This document shows, piece after piece, positions 26,029 through 39,965 of a stretch of 64,000 bases of DNA. The DNA comes from Octopus sinensis (taxonomy: Eukaryota): the NCBI RefSeq assembly GCF_006345805.1, contig NC_042999.1, positions 61,318,001 through 61,382,000 on the forward strand, read 5' to 3'. Position 1 is the stretch's first letter. Each line of letters begins with the position of its first letter. Made by a program: the position numbers and the translations under genes. Under the pieces are notes generated by a model. It had not been told where the DNA came from and made no database searches. It saw nothing but the letters and a program-made list of their open reading frames with translations.

Positions 26029-27849
26029 TGAAGACAGAGACGGATCGCGATAGAGAGAATTCATAGCTCATGGGAGCAACTACTATAATTCGTTTACAGG
26101 GGCTCTGGTTTTCTTGATTTTCAAATATGAATGCTATGCAGCGCATTAAGATACATTAAAGCTCTAGAAACATAGAGGTACGCCATCGTAATTATAATGA
26201 TATTGTACATATAGATATTATTTATAGATAGATTATTTTTTTCGATTTGGTTTTACAGATAAGCTTGTTTACTTCTTGTAAGAGTAAAAAGAACATTACA
26301 GCTAACAGATCTCAAGATACCAGACAAATTTAAAGCCAAGAAAATAGTTTCGATATGTGTAATTTTTTCCAACGATTGTATCAATTGCATCCTATACATA
26401 TGAGCTGTTTCATAAGAACATGAATTTAACAGGAATTAAATGTCTTATTGTATGTTTCTATAAATTTCCAACAACCCATTAACGACTCCCTAAGGTACAT
26501 AGTTTTTCGAAAGGAGAACGAAGAGCTTGTGGAATCTTTACGTTCAAACAGTGACCAAATTTTCAGTTCAGATGAAGGCCCCTACATGTCAACAATCTCA
26601 AGAACACGACAAGCAAGAATCCTTGTGAGAACAACATCAAATGTGTACCATTCCGTGAGCGAATCATTTCCACATAATATAAGTAACTTTGAAAACATTT
26701 TGGAAGGCCTTTAAAAAAGGCGCTGAATAAGCAGCCCAGGATAAATTATCATCTTCCTCATTTTTTTCTTTCTTTTCCACTATAAATGGCTTTATAAAAT
26801 TGATAGCTATTAGTGAGCTTAGAATCTCCGAAACAATGGATTTCTCTCCCTCCGAAGAAACCTATGCCTCCCGGATCAAGTGGTATAGTGAGTACTATTA
26901 CGAACAGGCTATAACCTAGAGTTAAATACAATTTTCCTATACAGAGATAGTGAATCGGTTGTTCTGGATGTTAGCAGTGATGAGGGCAACGGTGGGAGAC
27001 GTCTGATTAGTAACCCTTTACACTTCGATTGTAGCTGGTACGTTGAGCTGCCTTGGAACATGTCTTGAAACATTCTGCGGAATGTCTCTCTTCACTCATT
27101 AGTGTTCATGGGTAACTGGCATTTCGAAGGAAAATGCGGAAGTGACCTTTGGAGAGGGGGCTGCAAAAATCTCACAAACGTACTCAGTGGCTCCAAGCCT
27201 GCTGGCAGGTTTGACCTTGATTTCTCGCATATTTCAATGTAGACTTGAGTAAATCATAACGGGGTATCCAAGAGGTATTTGTATACTATTTTCGTTAGTT
27301 TCTTACATGGAATCAAAGTAAATTATGGTAGTTCTCTTCACGGGCCACAGACTTGTGTCCATACAGTGAACTTGAAAGAAACCGATAGAATGGAATTTGG
27401 CTATTGGAATATTCTTTTCAGTGCTTTTTACCGACAGGACTCAGAGACTGAATTAGTATACTCCTTTAGAAAAAACTGACAAGAATCATTACCAATAGCT
27501 GCGGGGTTTGATGACAAACAAAATTAGAGCCGTTTTGATTGGTTGGGTCAAAGAGATCGGCAGAGAGAATTGAAGGAACTAGTTAGCCATTTAGATGAGG
27601 CTCGTAGAATAAGCATCATATTCGATGTGTAAGCGAGGAGAGAAGCTCTCAACAATTTCTTGTACACAAAACATGTAAAATATGTAATCGGTGTAAAGCT
27701 GCCAGTCATAAAAAAATGAAGGCACAAAACCGGTTCGAATTTCAAAATATCAAACGTTCGGTCTAACATACATCTCTTACATGTTTTGCGCTCTGACTGC
27801 GCTTTGCGTATCTTTTCCGTTAAAAAGTTCGTTTTAATGACTTACTCCT

Positions 27850-28430
27850 TAATTTAGCGATTCATTTTCTTGTTTCAAGTTTTTTATCTTTGAGATACAC
27901 CTGTCGCTCTCTACTTCCAACTTCTTTGGCTAGTTGCATGAATAGACCATATAATTCATTCTCTTTTCCAGCTATTTCTCCTTTTGATCTTCCTTCTTAT
28001 TTTTCACTTTTACTGTATCAGTAACGTTTTGAACGTTTCAAGCCGGCGATAGTATTCTTTCTGTAGTGCGTAGAGCATACATTTTCAAACCCAATATCAC
28101 AGTACTAACGGTATCTGCTGCGTTTAGCAATCCTCTGCCTACTTCCGTTCTTGCAATGTAGAGTATGTCGATATTACTTTTAGGATGGTGAAATGTTGTG
28201 CATTGTGAGCGGCCTTTCGTTCTTCTATGTTCTGTAGCTGTGTATATTTTCGAAAAGGAGCTGAGTATTTTAACACTGACATGGTCCGTGTATTCATTGA
28301 TCTGATAATAATACTGGCATAGCCCAGGTAATCATTGATATGATAATATTCCCTCCGTTTAATTTTGATTCGAATTTCTTCTCTTGTACTCTTTGGAGAT
28401 TTCTCTTTCATTTCTCTTTCAATCATTTAT
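27850..28430 (-). mobile_element. R4/Dong-clade non-LTR retrotransposon fragment (post-RT region)
   Basis: Frameshifted translation IRSMNTRTMSVLKYSA...HHPKSNIDILYIARTEVGRGLL...ELYGLF matches the HPKxDxDRLYxxRxxGGRGL motif of these RLE elements. Confidence 0.7.
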
Positions 28431-28648
28431 TATTTCACAGCAATCTAACGATATAATCTTGGGAGACTTTTATGGCACCAGATTTAATATTTCGGGCTAT
28501 ATTATTATTGTTGTTAAGGCGGAGAGCTAGCAGAATTATTTTCACGCCGGACAAAATGCTATCAATATCTGTTCCAGCATTTTACCTTCTGAGTTAAAGT
28601 TCCTCTGCTATCAACATTCTTACGAAACTAATAAAATAAGTACCAGTA

Positions 28649-28815
28649 GGTGTGGCTGTGTGGTAAGTAGCTTGCTTCCGAACCACATGAATCCGGATTA
28701 CGTCCCACTGCATGGCACCTTGGGTAAGTGTATTCTGATATAGACTCGGGCCGACCAGAGCCTTGTGAATGAATATGGTAGACGGAAATTGAAAGAAGCC
28801 CGTCGTATATATGTA

Positions 28816-28891
<76 letters not shown>

Positions 28892-29110
28892 TGTGTGTAT
28901 ATGTTTGTATGTTTGTGTTTATCAGCCCAATACGCTTGACAACCGATGCTGGTGTGTTTACGTACCCGTAACTTAGTGGTTCGGCAAAACAGACCGGTAG
29001 AATAAGTACTATACTTACAAAGAATAAGTCCTGGGGTCGATATGCTCGACTAGAAGCGGTGATCCAGCATGGTCACAGTCACATGATTGAAACAAGTAAA
29101 AAAGTAAAAG
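28649..29110 (+). mobile_element. SINE-A, full length
   Basis: Head, body, TA/TG tract, 3' half and AAGTAAAA tail all present. Confidence 0.85.
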
Positions 29111-29214
29111 TTATGGGGAGGAGTCGAGGTAATTGCCTGGCACCTTCCTCATAAATTTCGGCCCTTCTGCCCATAGTCGAAAGGAAAGAAGAAATTATAT
29201 GTATTTTGAAAGAA

Positions 29215-29435
29215 ATTGACTTGGGAGAATCGTTACATAGCGGAAAAATGCCTTTCGAGAGAGGGGTGAGTCGATTACATGGACCCCAGAACGTAACTAG
29301 TACTAAATTTATTGACTCCGAAAGGATGAAAGGCAAAGTTGACCTCGGTAGAATTTGAACAGAACATAAGGACAGGTGAAATGTCAATAAGGATTTCCCC
29401 CAATCTGCTAACGATACTTCCAGCCCGCCGCCTTA
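29215..29435 (-). mobile_element. SINE-B, diverged
   Basis: GAAAGGATGAAAGGCAAAGTTGACCTCGG block and CCGCCTT head end. Confidence 0.7.
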
Positions 29436-29439
29436 ATAT

Positions 29440-29480
<41 letters not shown>

Positions 29481-29481
<1 letters not shown>

Positions 29482-29650
29482 GCCGTGATGCAGTACCAGG
29501 CAGTGGCTCTCATGGCTTCCGATCTTAACTGATTGGAAGTGTTATCATGTATATTGTTTTCTCTTGGTATAAAAGATGGGTTACAGCAAATATTCTGCTC
29601 AATACCACAGATTTGCTTGTCAGTTGTTTGACCGTAATCAGTTGATCATG
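29481..29650 (+). mobile_element. 5' part of the ~555-bp (AAT)n-flanked element
   Basis: Reverse complement of the ends of the copies at 46948 and 60179. Confidence 0.85.
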
Positions 29651-30295
29651 TTGTTTCTAGATGCCGAATCCTCGCTGAGAAGGAGTACTTCATAAGATAT
29701 GACGGACTAGGGCAGTACATCCACTGGAATGCTTGTAAATACTACAAAATGAAATCCCCTGATAAGTGGTAAAGGCACCATCCAGAGGATGTAGTAAATG
29801 GCAAAGCCGTCACCATCCTTTGGAACTTCGCAATATAAACAGACAGAAAAACAGACTCTAATCGACCAGGCATGGTGATCAAGGACTATAACAGAAGAGC
29901 TTGTCTGTTAATAGATATGTCTTTCCCACAAGATCAAAATGTCTGAAAAAAGGAATATGAAAAGCTTTCTCACTATAAAGGTCTGCAAACTGAAATCGCA
30001 AAAATGTGGATTAGTAGTACGATAACACCAGTAGTAATTGATGCGTTGCGAATGATAACGAAGAGGGCTGAGAAGTATATTAAGCAACTCCCTGGTAACT
30101 CCAATCTCCGTGAACGAAGAAAGATAACCTTGATGGGTACAGCCCATATACTACAGAAAGCACTCACCATCTAAAATGGAATAAATGTGGTGATAATTTT
30201 AGTACGCATAGCAAAACAAAAGTGGCCTTGCTACTCTTGTCCTCCGGAGAATGCCCGCTACTAAGGTAGCTGAAATAAAGTCATAATGAAAGGAA
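29636..30295 (+). mobile_element. R4/Dong-clade LINE 3' end (zinc-knuckle remnant + restriction-like endonuclease), followed by (AAT)n
   Basis: SVDHVVSRCRILAEKEYFIRYDGLGQYIHW...ILWNFAI*TD...NRPGMVIKD...LLIDMSFP.D..KEYEKLSHY..L..EIAKMW...LMGTAHILQKAL; internal stops; tail runs into (AAT)n at 30296-30358. Confidence 0.88.
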
Positions 30296-30304
30296 ATAAT
30301 AATG

Positions 30305-30358
<54 letters not shown>

Positions 30359-33276
30359 TTGTTAGTGGAAATAATTGTGTCATCCTGATTTATCATCATC
30401 ATCGTCATCATTAAAATCATTCTTTTACTTCAATGCTTCCATCACTTACTGTTTTAATCTTTGAATAGATATATTGACTTTCCATCCATTTCTATATTGG
30501 TTGCTCCAGGGAATAGACATTACGATAGCCCTTGTCATACTTGATAACTTAAGCCTTCCATTATCGTAAACATATCTGATTTCTTCTCTCAGAATCATTC
30601 TATAGGCAAACACATGCAGCCGCGCGCGCACACATACACACACACACATGCATACACACGCACACACATTAAACATACACACATACACACACACACACAC
30701 GTATATATACATATATACGTATGTGTGTGTGTGAGAGAGAAGGGAAAATTTTATACTCATACCTACATATATGTGTTTGTGTTATATATATACACATATG
30801 TATATATGAGTGTGTGTGTGTCTGGGTGTGTCAGTACGTGTGTGCGTGTGTAAGTATATATATATATATGTATGTATGTATATGCATTTATCTATATACA
30901 TATGTATATGAGTACATTTATGCGTAGCAGACAGGCATGCAGACGCAGATATATATATATATATATATATATAGATAGATAGATTGATAGATAGATAGAT
31001 AAACGAGAGGATTAGATATGAATTTAACCTTAATATTTCACTCTGTCTCCGTGTGACCTTGTTATGTACTTTTCGTTTGAATAGAGTTGAATACAGGATA
31101 AAAACAAATAAAATGTGTAAAGTTAAATTCAATAACATAGAAAAAACTAAGATCGATTTCCTGGACTAGAAGAAATCATTCAAGTTATTCATTTCTTCAC
31201 TCCATACCACGTCCTGACAGAGGTTTATCTTTAGCGATGCCATATTAAATATTCGGATCTATTTCCTGCTCATACCCATTGCCTACGCTTGAAATGTCGC
31301 TATAAAAAGATTCTTCATTCGAGAAACATTATCTTTGTGTGAAATATAAATGTGTTCGAAGTCGAAGAAAAATTGTTATGCATTCTAACTTTGCGTGTCG
31401 TTTTGGTTAACAAAGCGCTACCCAGAGTACATAATTTTCTTGTAGTTACTATTGATATTTAGTCATATAGGAGGGATTGCTAAAACGTTTTTGGCTTTCG
31501 GCTTAAGTAAATTCCTGGAACGTAGTTAAAATTAATATCTATTTCACTGTTGAGCTTTTCCCAATACACCGTCAAGGTGATGATTTTTTATCAGTTTAGC
31601 AGAGACCAACACGCATTTTAAAATAATCTAGAGCAGCATTTCTTTCGTCCTTACGTTCGTGTGTACTGGGGTAATAGATTTACTTACCCAATTCCTTAAA
31701 AATGATTGGCCTTTTGCCAAAATTAGAAAGCATTATTAAATAAGCTGTTTGCTGACTTCTATAAACAAGAGCTGCAATTCTTGTTTAGTTCACTGAACTT
31801 TATTAGCTTTGACTGAAAATACACAAACAGGTCGAAACACTGCGGTGTTTCATATTTGACTTACTTCAATGGATCGAGAGTATGATGAAAATTCTTTGTC
31901 CACAGACAAGACAACAGTGATTATCATATTCCCATTCGAGATTAACTGAATCTTTTAAATCTATTAAGAATGAGTATGAACGTCATTACGTATGCATAAA
32001 GATGTATATGTATATATGCGCATATGTATATATGCGCATATGTTTGTATATAAGGGTATGTGGTGTTGATTTCAATTCCTGGACCGCGTTGTGTGCTGGG
32101 ATGCTGAGAAAAACATTTTGTCTTAACGTTCCTGTGATCTATATATATATATATATAACCAATCAAAAACACCCATCCCACACACACGAACACATGTATA
32201 CATATATATACACACACACTCACACCATCTGACCTCCATACAGACACACATATACACACGCAGCACCATGCCAAATGCCATCCACACACATACATACACA
32301 CACACACACATACACACGCACACACAAACAAAACCAAGACAACCACACACGCGGTTGAAAAAGGGACACACATATACACACACCATCCTACCAGATCTTA
32401 CAAACACAAAGACATCTTTTCACACCACATATGTATATACACACAAAGACACACACACTCACCCCATCCTGACCCCTAAATTAAATGATGCTTGAAGAAG
32501 AGACCAAAAGGATAAATTATTTTCAGTTCCACATTACTCCTCCTTTCCCCCACCCAAACACACCTACTGTGTCCCTTGAAATAGATACTATTCTTTTACG
32601 TTAACATGGTGGATAGGTCAGTTTTAGCTTCTCTACTATTATAATGTAAACCGTTCTGAACTCATAATATTCTGTGCGTGTATACCAATATTCTACTTTT
32701 TAATAATCCCTTCTGGAAATTATCTTGAGAATGTATAATATATTTGTTGTAATCTTTTGTGCCCAATATTTCAATGAACTTGTTAAACTTTTTTATGTTC
32801 TCAACATGCTCTTGTCACCAAAGAATATATATATATATGTATTGTAGTACTCTGTGTCAACCAATATTCTGCGCGTGTTTGAATATACAGATACAATACC
32901 AATACCAATATCCCACAGAACTTTTTAATAATTCCTGCAGGAAACTATCTTAAACATGTTATTGAGAATGATTATTTATGTAGTAATATTTTGTGCCCGA
33001 TATTTTAAGGAACTTGTTAAAATTTTTATGTCCTTAACATGTCCTTGTTACCAAAGACTGTATATATGTAATGTAGCAATTTGTAACAACCAATAATTAA
33101 TGCAACCAAACTTCTACATGTTACTTTTGACAATCTTTTTCCCAAAAAGTGAAACCGGTAAAGTAAATAAACATCTTTTAAAATTGCATTTTCAAACCTC
33201 TTTCGTATATAATTCCACTCGTGCGGTACCCTACAACTCCACTTTGTTATATATATATATAATATATATATATAGT

Positions 33277-33324
<48 letters not shown>

Positions 33325-33606
33325 CCTGTTTTTACCATATTGTTTTTGGTATTTTATATTCGTGTGGCATCGTCCGTTTTTCTTCCCTGTTTCGTATAAA
33401 TTCGATCCTTCTTCCACGAAATCTAATGCTCATAGCTTAATTTTTCCTTGGGCTGGCGGGGCCGATCGGAGCGATCTCAAGATTAATCAGCCGAAATGCT
33501 AGGATGATCCGGTTCTTGACTGAAGATTGAAAGCTTCGAATGTCAGTCCGTGTTTTTTGTATCGTCTTCTAAATGTTTTACGTTCTTGTCCCAGTTTGTA
33601 TTTTTC

Positions 33607-33671
<65 letters not shown>

Positions 33672-33844
33672 GTATAATATATATATATGTATTTATGTAT
33701 TTATATGTATTTATGTATATAATTATATATATTATATATATTTATTATATATATATACATGTTTATATATATATATACATGTTTATATATATATATATAC
33801 ATGTTTATATATATATATTATATATATATATATAGATACTATAA

Positions 33845-34678
33845 ATATACATATCTCTGCTTCACAAATAATATGGATCTCATCCATAATGTGAAAGTGA
33901 CACCGACACTACTCTCGGATCACAACATGGTAGAGCTGACCATGTACGGGCCAAAAGAGAGCACGGACATGCAGCTACAAGAAACCCTCAGAGCCTTTCC
34001 AGCTTGAACTTCAATAAGGCAAACTGGAAACAAATTGAGAAAGAGATCCTCACAACAAACTGGCCTGAATGTCTCTCCTCGCCGGACATCGACATGATAC
34101 TTCAACAATTCATGTCTGTAATGCAAGCCATATGCTACAAATGTGTCCCAGAGAGAAAGGCCACTGTACACAAGAACAAATCCCCAGAGAGAGAAAAATT
34201 TTAATGAGACGGCGCACAAAAATCTCAAATCGCTAAACAAACAAATTGAAAGCAGTGAAAAGTCCCGCCTGAAAATAAAACTGTTGGAATTGAAAATTGT
34301 CTGCAACTCTCCCATGAGAAGGAAGAGCAGACAAAGAAGCCTGGGCTATAGATACAACATAAAAACTAACCCCAGAGCTTTCTACAGGTATGCCAAAGAA
34401 ACAGCTACGGTGCACTGTAGGATAGGGCCACTCCTTGAAAAGGATGGCACACTCACAGGAAAACCAATGAGGGTAAGTGAAATACTGAATGAACATTCAA
34501 GAGTGTTTTCACTCCACCCCTTGGGCATTTCCAAATCAGCAATCCAACTGACTTTTTTACCATTGCAGATATAGAATCAGAGGCGGCGACGTTAAATTAC
34601 ATCGATATAAAGGAAGATGATGTAATAAAGGCTATAGATGAAATGAAAATAGACTCAGCTATTGCCCCGATGGATTCC
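33845..34678 (+). mobile_element. CR1-clade LINE fragment (endonuclease end and tether region)
   Basis: LLSDHNMVEL, NFNKANW, NIKTNPRAFYRYAK, IGPLLEKDGTLT and DSAIAPDG motifs; runs into the gap. Confidence 0.85.
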
Positions 34679-34778
34679 NNNNNNNNNNNNNNNNNNNNNN
34701 NNNNNNNNNNNNNNNNNNNNNNNNNNNNNNNNNNNNNNNNNNNNNNNNNNNNNNNNNNNNNNNNNNNNNNNNNNNNNN
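34679..34778. other. Assembly gap (100 N)
   Basis: Run of N. Confidence 1.
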
Positions 34779-34876
34779 TTTATAACAAGGAGTTACAACA
34801 CATTTACTTGTGAGATTTTTGCTGCCCTGGTAACTATTTATTTTTTTCGTGTTATTGTTAACAAGGAAATACACTC

Positions 34877-34953
<77 letters not shown>

Positions 34954-35101
34954 ATATGAGGGGTTCAGTTCACTGGTGAACTGAACGGATAGGTACGCTG
35001 ACTAAATGCTATAACTGGTCATCTGTTGGGCTCCAAGGTCACAGCCCAGGCTCGAGCTAGGGATTCGTATTAGGCTTCCAATTAGGGGGTATCTATTATA
35101 T

Positions 35102-35333
35102 ATTTCTTTACTACCCACAAGGGGCTAAACACAGAGGGGACAAACAAGGACAGACAAACGGATTAAGTCGATTACATCGACCCCAGTGCGTAACTGGTAC
35201 TTAATTTATCGACCCCGAAAGGATGACAGGCAAAGTCGACCTCGGTGGAATTTGAACTTAGAACGTAACGGCAGACGAAATACGGCTACGCATTTCGCCC
35301 GGCGTACTAACGTTTCTGCCAGCTCATCGCCTT
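35102..35333 (-). mobile_element. SINE-B tail-1 monomer with ~17-bp TSD
   Basis: TSD GGGGG(T/A)ATCTATTATAT at 35085-35101 and 35334-35350 (1 mismatch). Confidence 0.9.
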
Positions 35334-35879
35334 GGGGGAATCTATTATATTAGAGAAAAAAGATAAACAAAAACAAAGGCAGAACGAGTATCACAAGACA
35401 TTTAGAATATTTAATAAGGTGAATTTGAAGTCTTACAGCTGTTTCTAGGATATCCCAAGTGATTGGCTAGCATGTCCGTACTCTGAGTTTTCCATCATCA
35501 GAGACAAAGTGAGTATGTATGAAAGTTCTAGACGGATATTCACAGTTTATAAGAAATAAAATCGTAGATAAAAAAATGGAGTAAAACAGTAGATAGAAGA
35601 AATAAGACAGGAGAATAAAGTTCAGTGTGTGTGTGTGTGTGTGTGTGTGTGTCTTTCTATGTAAATATGTGCGCGTACGCACGTGTGATGAATGTGCGAT
35701 TGTACGTACCTATTTTATTCTGCTCCAGTCAGTGGACGGCGCTCATGCTGGGGCATCGCATTCCTGTGATTAATTAAATAAATCGACTCCGACGCTTATA
35801 TCTTTAAGTTTGTGCGCGCGCACGCACACACACACAGACACTCACGCATATTTATATGTATGTATATATATTCCTTTTA

Positions 35880-36149
35880 TTTGCTTCAGTCTTTAGATTG
35901 CAGCCAATCCTCACGCAGCGTCTTGAGCGTTGTCCAAAATGTCAACACTAGTATTTATTTTTGTGACCGGGGTAGTACTCTATTAATCGTCATTTGCTGA
36001 ACCGCTAGATTACTGAGAGACTAAGTTACATCGATTGTCAAGCGGTGGTGAGGAACATAAAGACATAGTATGCGCATGCGCACGCACACACACATATAGA
36101 AAGATAGATTGATAAATAGACAGATAGATAGATAGATAGATAGATAGAC

Positions 36150-36226
<77 letters not shown>

Positions 36227-36425
36227 GTAGGTAGGTAGGTAGGTAGGTAGGTAGGTAGGTAGGTAGTTCGATATACACGTACATGTACATAAATATACAA
36301 CGGGCGTCTTTCAGTTTCTATCTAACAAATCCATTCGCATGGTTTCGGTCGCTCGAGGCTATAGCAGAAGACACTTGCCCAAGGTGCCAAGTAATGGGAC
36401 TGAACTCGGAACTATGTGACTGAGA
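35880..36425 (-). mobile_element. SINE-A, diverged, with internal (GATA)/(GGTA)n
   Basis: Body block at 36295-36425 and degraded 3' half upstream. Confidence 0.6.
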
Positions 36426-36874
36426 ATGTAAGTGAATATGTGTATTTAAAGTTATATAAGTAGGTATTTAGGCAGGCAAGCAGACAAGTATATCGTGCAG
36501 GGGCTTAGTTTTGTGCGGATAAAACAACTTTGACTTCGAATCCCTTCGAAACTTACTAGTTGATCATGGCGGTTATTTACGGCTTGACCAGCACTAAGTT
36601 GATTCCTCAGAACAAAGAAGCCGGTTAAGGAATCCGGATTAACTCGGTTTCTTCTAAGAATATGAATCGTAGATTTACACGTTTTGCGACATTTTTAAAG
36701 ATCTTGTATCTAATGCCGAGATATCAGTCTTGTAATATAATGCAAATAAACTATGTCAGTCACGTCGGTGTTAACATTTTAATTAATATCCTTATACTTT
36801 TAATACTCTCTAGCATGGAACTGAGATATAAACCACTCCTCAAAAATGGATAATAAGTGGATGATTATATTAAT

Positions 36875-37080
36875 TTTGCTATAATGCCAGCAATTTTAGG
36901 GGAAAGAGTTACTTGATTACATTGATCCCCAGTGCTCAGCTGCTACGTATTCTGTGGGCCCCGAAAGCATGAAAGGAAAGATCGATCTCGGCGAAAATTG
37001 ATTTCAGAACGTGCAAAGCCAGGGAAAATGCTGCATAGCATTTTGTCCCACGTGCTAAAGATTCCACCATCTCGCGTCAT
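36875..37080 (-). mobile_element. SINE-B, diverged (tail-2 type)
   Basis: CCCCGAAAGCATGAAAGG and CCCCAGTGCTCAGCTG blocks. Confidence 0.6.
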
Positions 37081-38727
37081 GACCGGATGATAATGGAGTA
37101 AAATTTTGCTTCTGCATCCATCCCAACCTGCTATAAATAAAAGTCATATCGGTTGTCTAGTTATAGAACCTTACTTCACAACATTACTTAATCCATATGG
37201 ATACGACAATATGTCACTTCAATACAAAACCTCGCTCCATTGATATTGTAGTAATTACATGTCGGGCTACCAATATTGTTCTGCTTTCCATCTTTCGAGG
37301 AGCTCTCAACCCCTAATGGAATCGTGATAGTAGTGTGATGATGTGTAATATATCTTCTGTACCCTAAGACTGGTAGAGCACATTCTTCTCGAAGCCCGAC
37401 CATAGCTGAATTCTCTCAGAGGAAAAAGTAAGAATTAGGGAAGAATCGATCCCAATACTGGCCTGGTGCGATTTATCGACTCCAAGAGGAGAAGAAACAA
37501 AGTTGTTATTGATGAGATTTGAAAACAAAGAGCAAATACCTGGATCAAATGCCACAAGACATTTTTTCTTACCCAGCGGCCTTAACTAGGGCATAGCCAT
37601 ATCAACTTTAAACAATCATATAAATTAGTCGTGACACGTACATTCTTATTTATATTTTCAATAAGTATTTTTCAGGAGCCAGAGTAATAAAACTTAATAA
37701 TGATGAACCGTAAAAAGTCTTTGCGATTTCCAATCTAAGCTTCTGATATGAAATAATATAAAGAAATATATTATGTTTAATGTATGGAACAGACTTTGAC
37801 ATTGATACTAATTGCACATGGATATGAGTTCGCATATATATTCACCGATAAAATAATTCTTTAACAAACGTATAGAAGAAAGCAGCTTTTGTGCTTTGCT
37901 TTCTTTCATAATTAAACATATACAATAATATGTTCAAAATAAAGGAGCAGCCCTCCCCAATAAGCAACAAATATGTGGTCAATAAAAATTTAAATATTCT
38001 TAATAGTACAACATATATTCTATATGTTGTTCTTTGCTAAAGTCCTTCTTCATCAAATTATTAGGTGTAGTTGTTTTCGAATATGCAGCTTAAGTATTTA
38101 AATGGGATTTCTAAAAGAAAATATGGCGAAAACTGGAGCAATATAATAAGTATTTGCCACCGATACACAGTGGCACTTTCTATGGCTTTTCAGTGGCTTT
38201 TGTTAAATACAAGAAGGGAAAGTATTCTGCTTAAACTATTTTAATGTTTTGTAACATTTTAGTCACGTTAGATATTACTATAGTCTATGAAAAAGTTTTT
38301 GCTACGTAAATTGCCAAATACAAATTAATTTCTCACCTCTTACAAAATACCTAAGTCATCATAATTTAACAAAAATGACCAAAAATAAAATGGGTAGTTG
38401 CATTTAACGAGCTTCTATAGTCCAAAGCTAAATAAAAAAATTCCCGTATGAAACTTAAAATATTTTATTTGTGGTACTGAAAAAGAGCGTTAGAGAATTA
38501 CTTCTACATATTTTATAGGTATGACAAAAATGAATTAACTAACTCTACCTCTGTTAAAATATTTCAATTTACATTCTGTATTAGTTGCTACTTTTAAGCT
38601 ATATTGATCATCTTTTTTTAAGAAATACAATTCTCAACTAAATAATAAAATATATTCCATTCTATCTCTCTACATTTCCTGTTGAAAATATAGAGAAATA
38701 GAAATCTTTTGCTTACAGTTGCATGTA

Positions 38728-39965
38728 CCAGTTCATCCCATAACTTCTGTCCGATTTTACTTTTTTTTAAATTGAATTTTAATATTTTAGAATGTCTAAT
38801 AGAATTAAAATTATTTTTTATGCATTTGTGTACATTTAAACTAATTAGATATTATATTACAGAATAATAGAATTAAAATTTATTTGATTAAAACCCTTTC
38901 TAACATAGAAGTATCCAAAATTATTTGAGGCGGATAATGCTTTATGATTACAAAACAAGTAAACTCCGCAACCGAAGCGACACGAAACGTACACTCAGTT
39001 AATGGGAAAGAATGCTTGAATGAAAGACCTTGTAGAAGATGGTTTGCAAAATTCAGAAGTGGAGATTTCAGCCTTGAAGATGAAGACTGAACAAGACGTC
39101 CAGTTGAGTTTGATGATAAGCTCCTTGAGGCACTACTTGTAGAAAATCCTGCATTATCAGTTGAAGAATTGTCAATAAAGCTAAGTTCAAACCATATAAC
39201 TGTTCATCGTCATCTTCAACAACTTGGAAAGGTTCCTAAACCTGGAAAATGGGAGCCTCATAAATTTTCCGAAAGCAACCGCAAGTCCCGAGTTGATATC
39301 TGCTCTTCTTTCCATTCTCGGGAACTTATTTCACCCTTTTTGGATAGACTTGTGACCGGTGACGAAAAATGGATCTTCTATCGAAATGTTAATCGTCGTA
39401 AACAGTAGCTTCATGGGAAAAGGGTTCTTCTCTTTATTTGGTGGGATTGCAAAGGACTAATTCCCTTTGAATTGTTACCACCTAGTGCAAAAATCAATGC
39501 TTAAGTCTACTGTTAGCAATTAGAGCGTTTGAACCAAGCTTTGAAGAAAAAAGACAAGCTTTAGTGAATCGAAAAGGAGTGATGTTTCATAAGGACAATG
39601 CGTGACCTCACACTGCAAAGACCACATCACCGAAGATCGAAGAGCTTAGTTAGGAAAAAAATTCCTCACCCACCTTATTCTCCCCATCTTACTCCTTCAG
39701 ACTACCATTTGTTTCATAGTTTACAGAATCATTTGGGGGACATAACTTTCGCAAGCCAGGAGGAGGTCGAAACTGACATTTCATAGTCCTTCGTTTTGAA
39801 ACCAAAATAGTTTTAAATTGATGAGATTAAAAAGCTTGTAAATAGATGGAAGGAAGTTATAGATAATCAGGAAAGTAAATTGATGATTAAATTTCAATTA
39901 CATAAAACATTTGGTCACTTGTTTTCTTCATTCTAAATTAGAACGGTACTTATGGGATGACCTGA
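38728..39965 (+). mobile_element. Mariner DNA transposon (DD34D), full length but decayed
   Basis: Imperfect TIRs (C/T)CAG(T/G)TCATCCCATAA with TA flanks; transposase remnants CRRWFAKFRSGDFSLED, VTGDEKW, HKDNA*PH and HPPYSPHLTPSDYHLF, with stops. Confidence 0.93.

Noticed and set aside
26640-26730. HNISNFENILEGL resembling a Cys-loop receptor N-terminal helix
   Set aside because: Followed by stops, with no YD.RLRP motif; likely coincidence.
29481-29560. HDV-like ribozyme at the 5' end of the 555-bp element
   Set aside because: The putative P1 strands are only ~9 nt apart, too close for the nested pseudoknot.
31690-31760. Apparent 71-nt minus-strand exon with a strong GTAAGT donor
   Set aside because: It lies in a degraded SINE-B tail-2 (GGCCTTTTGCCAAAATTAGAAAGCATTATT).
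32756-33120. Two diverged ~237-bp tandem copies
   Set aside because: AT-rich, old duplication with no coding or structural signal.
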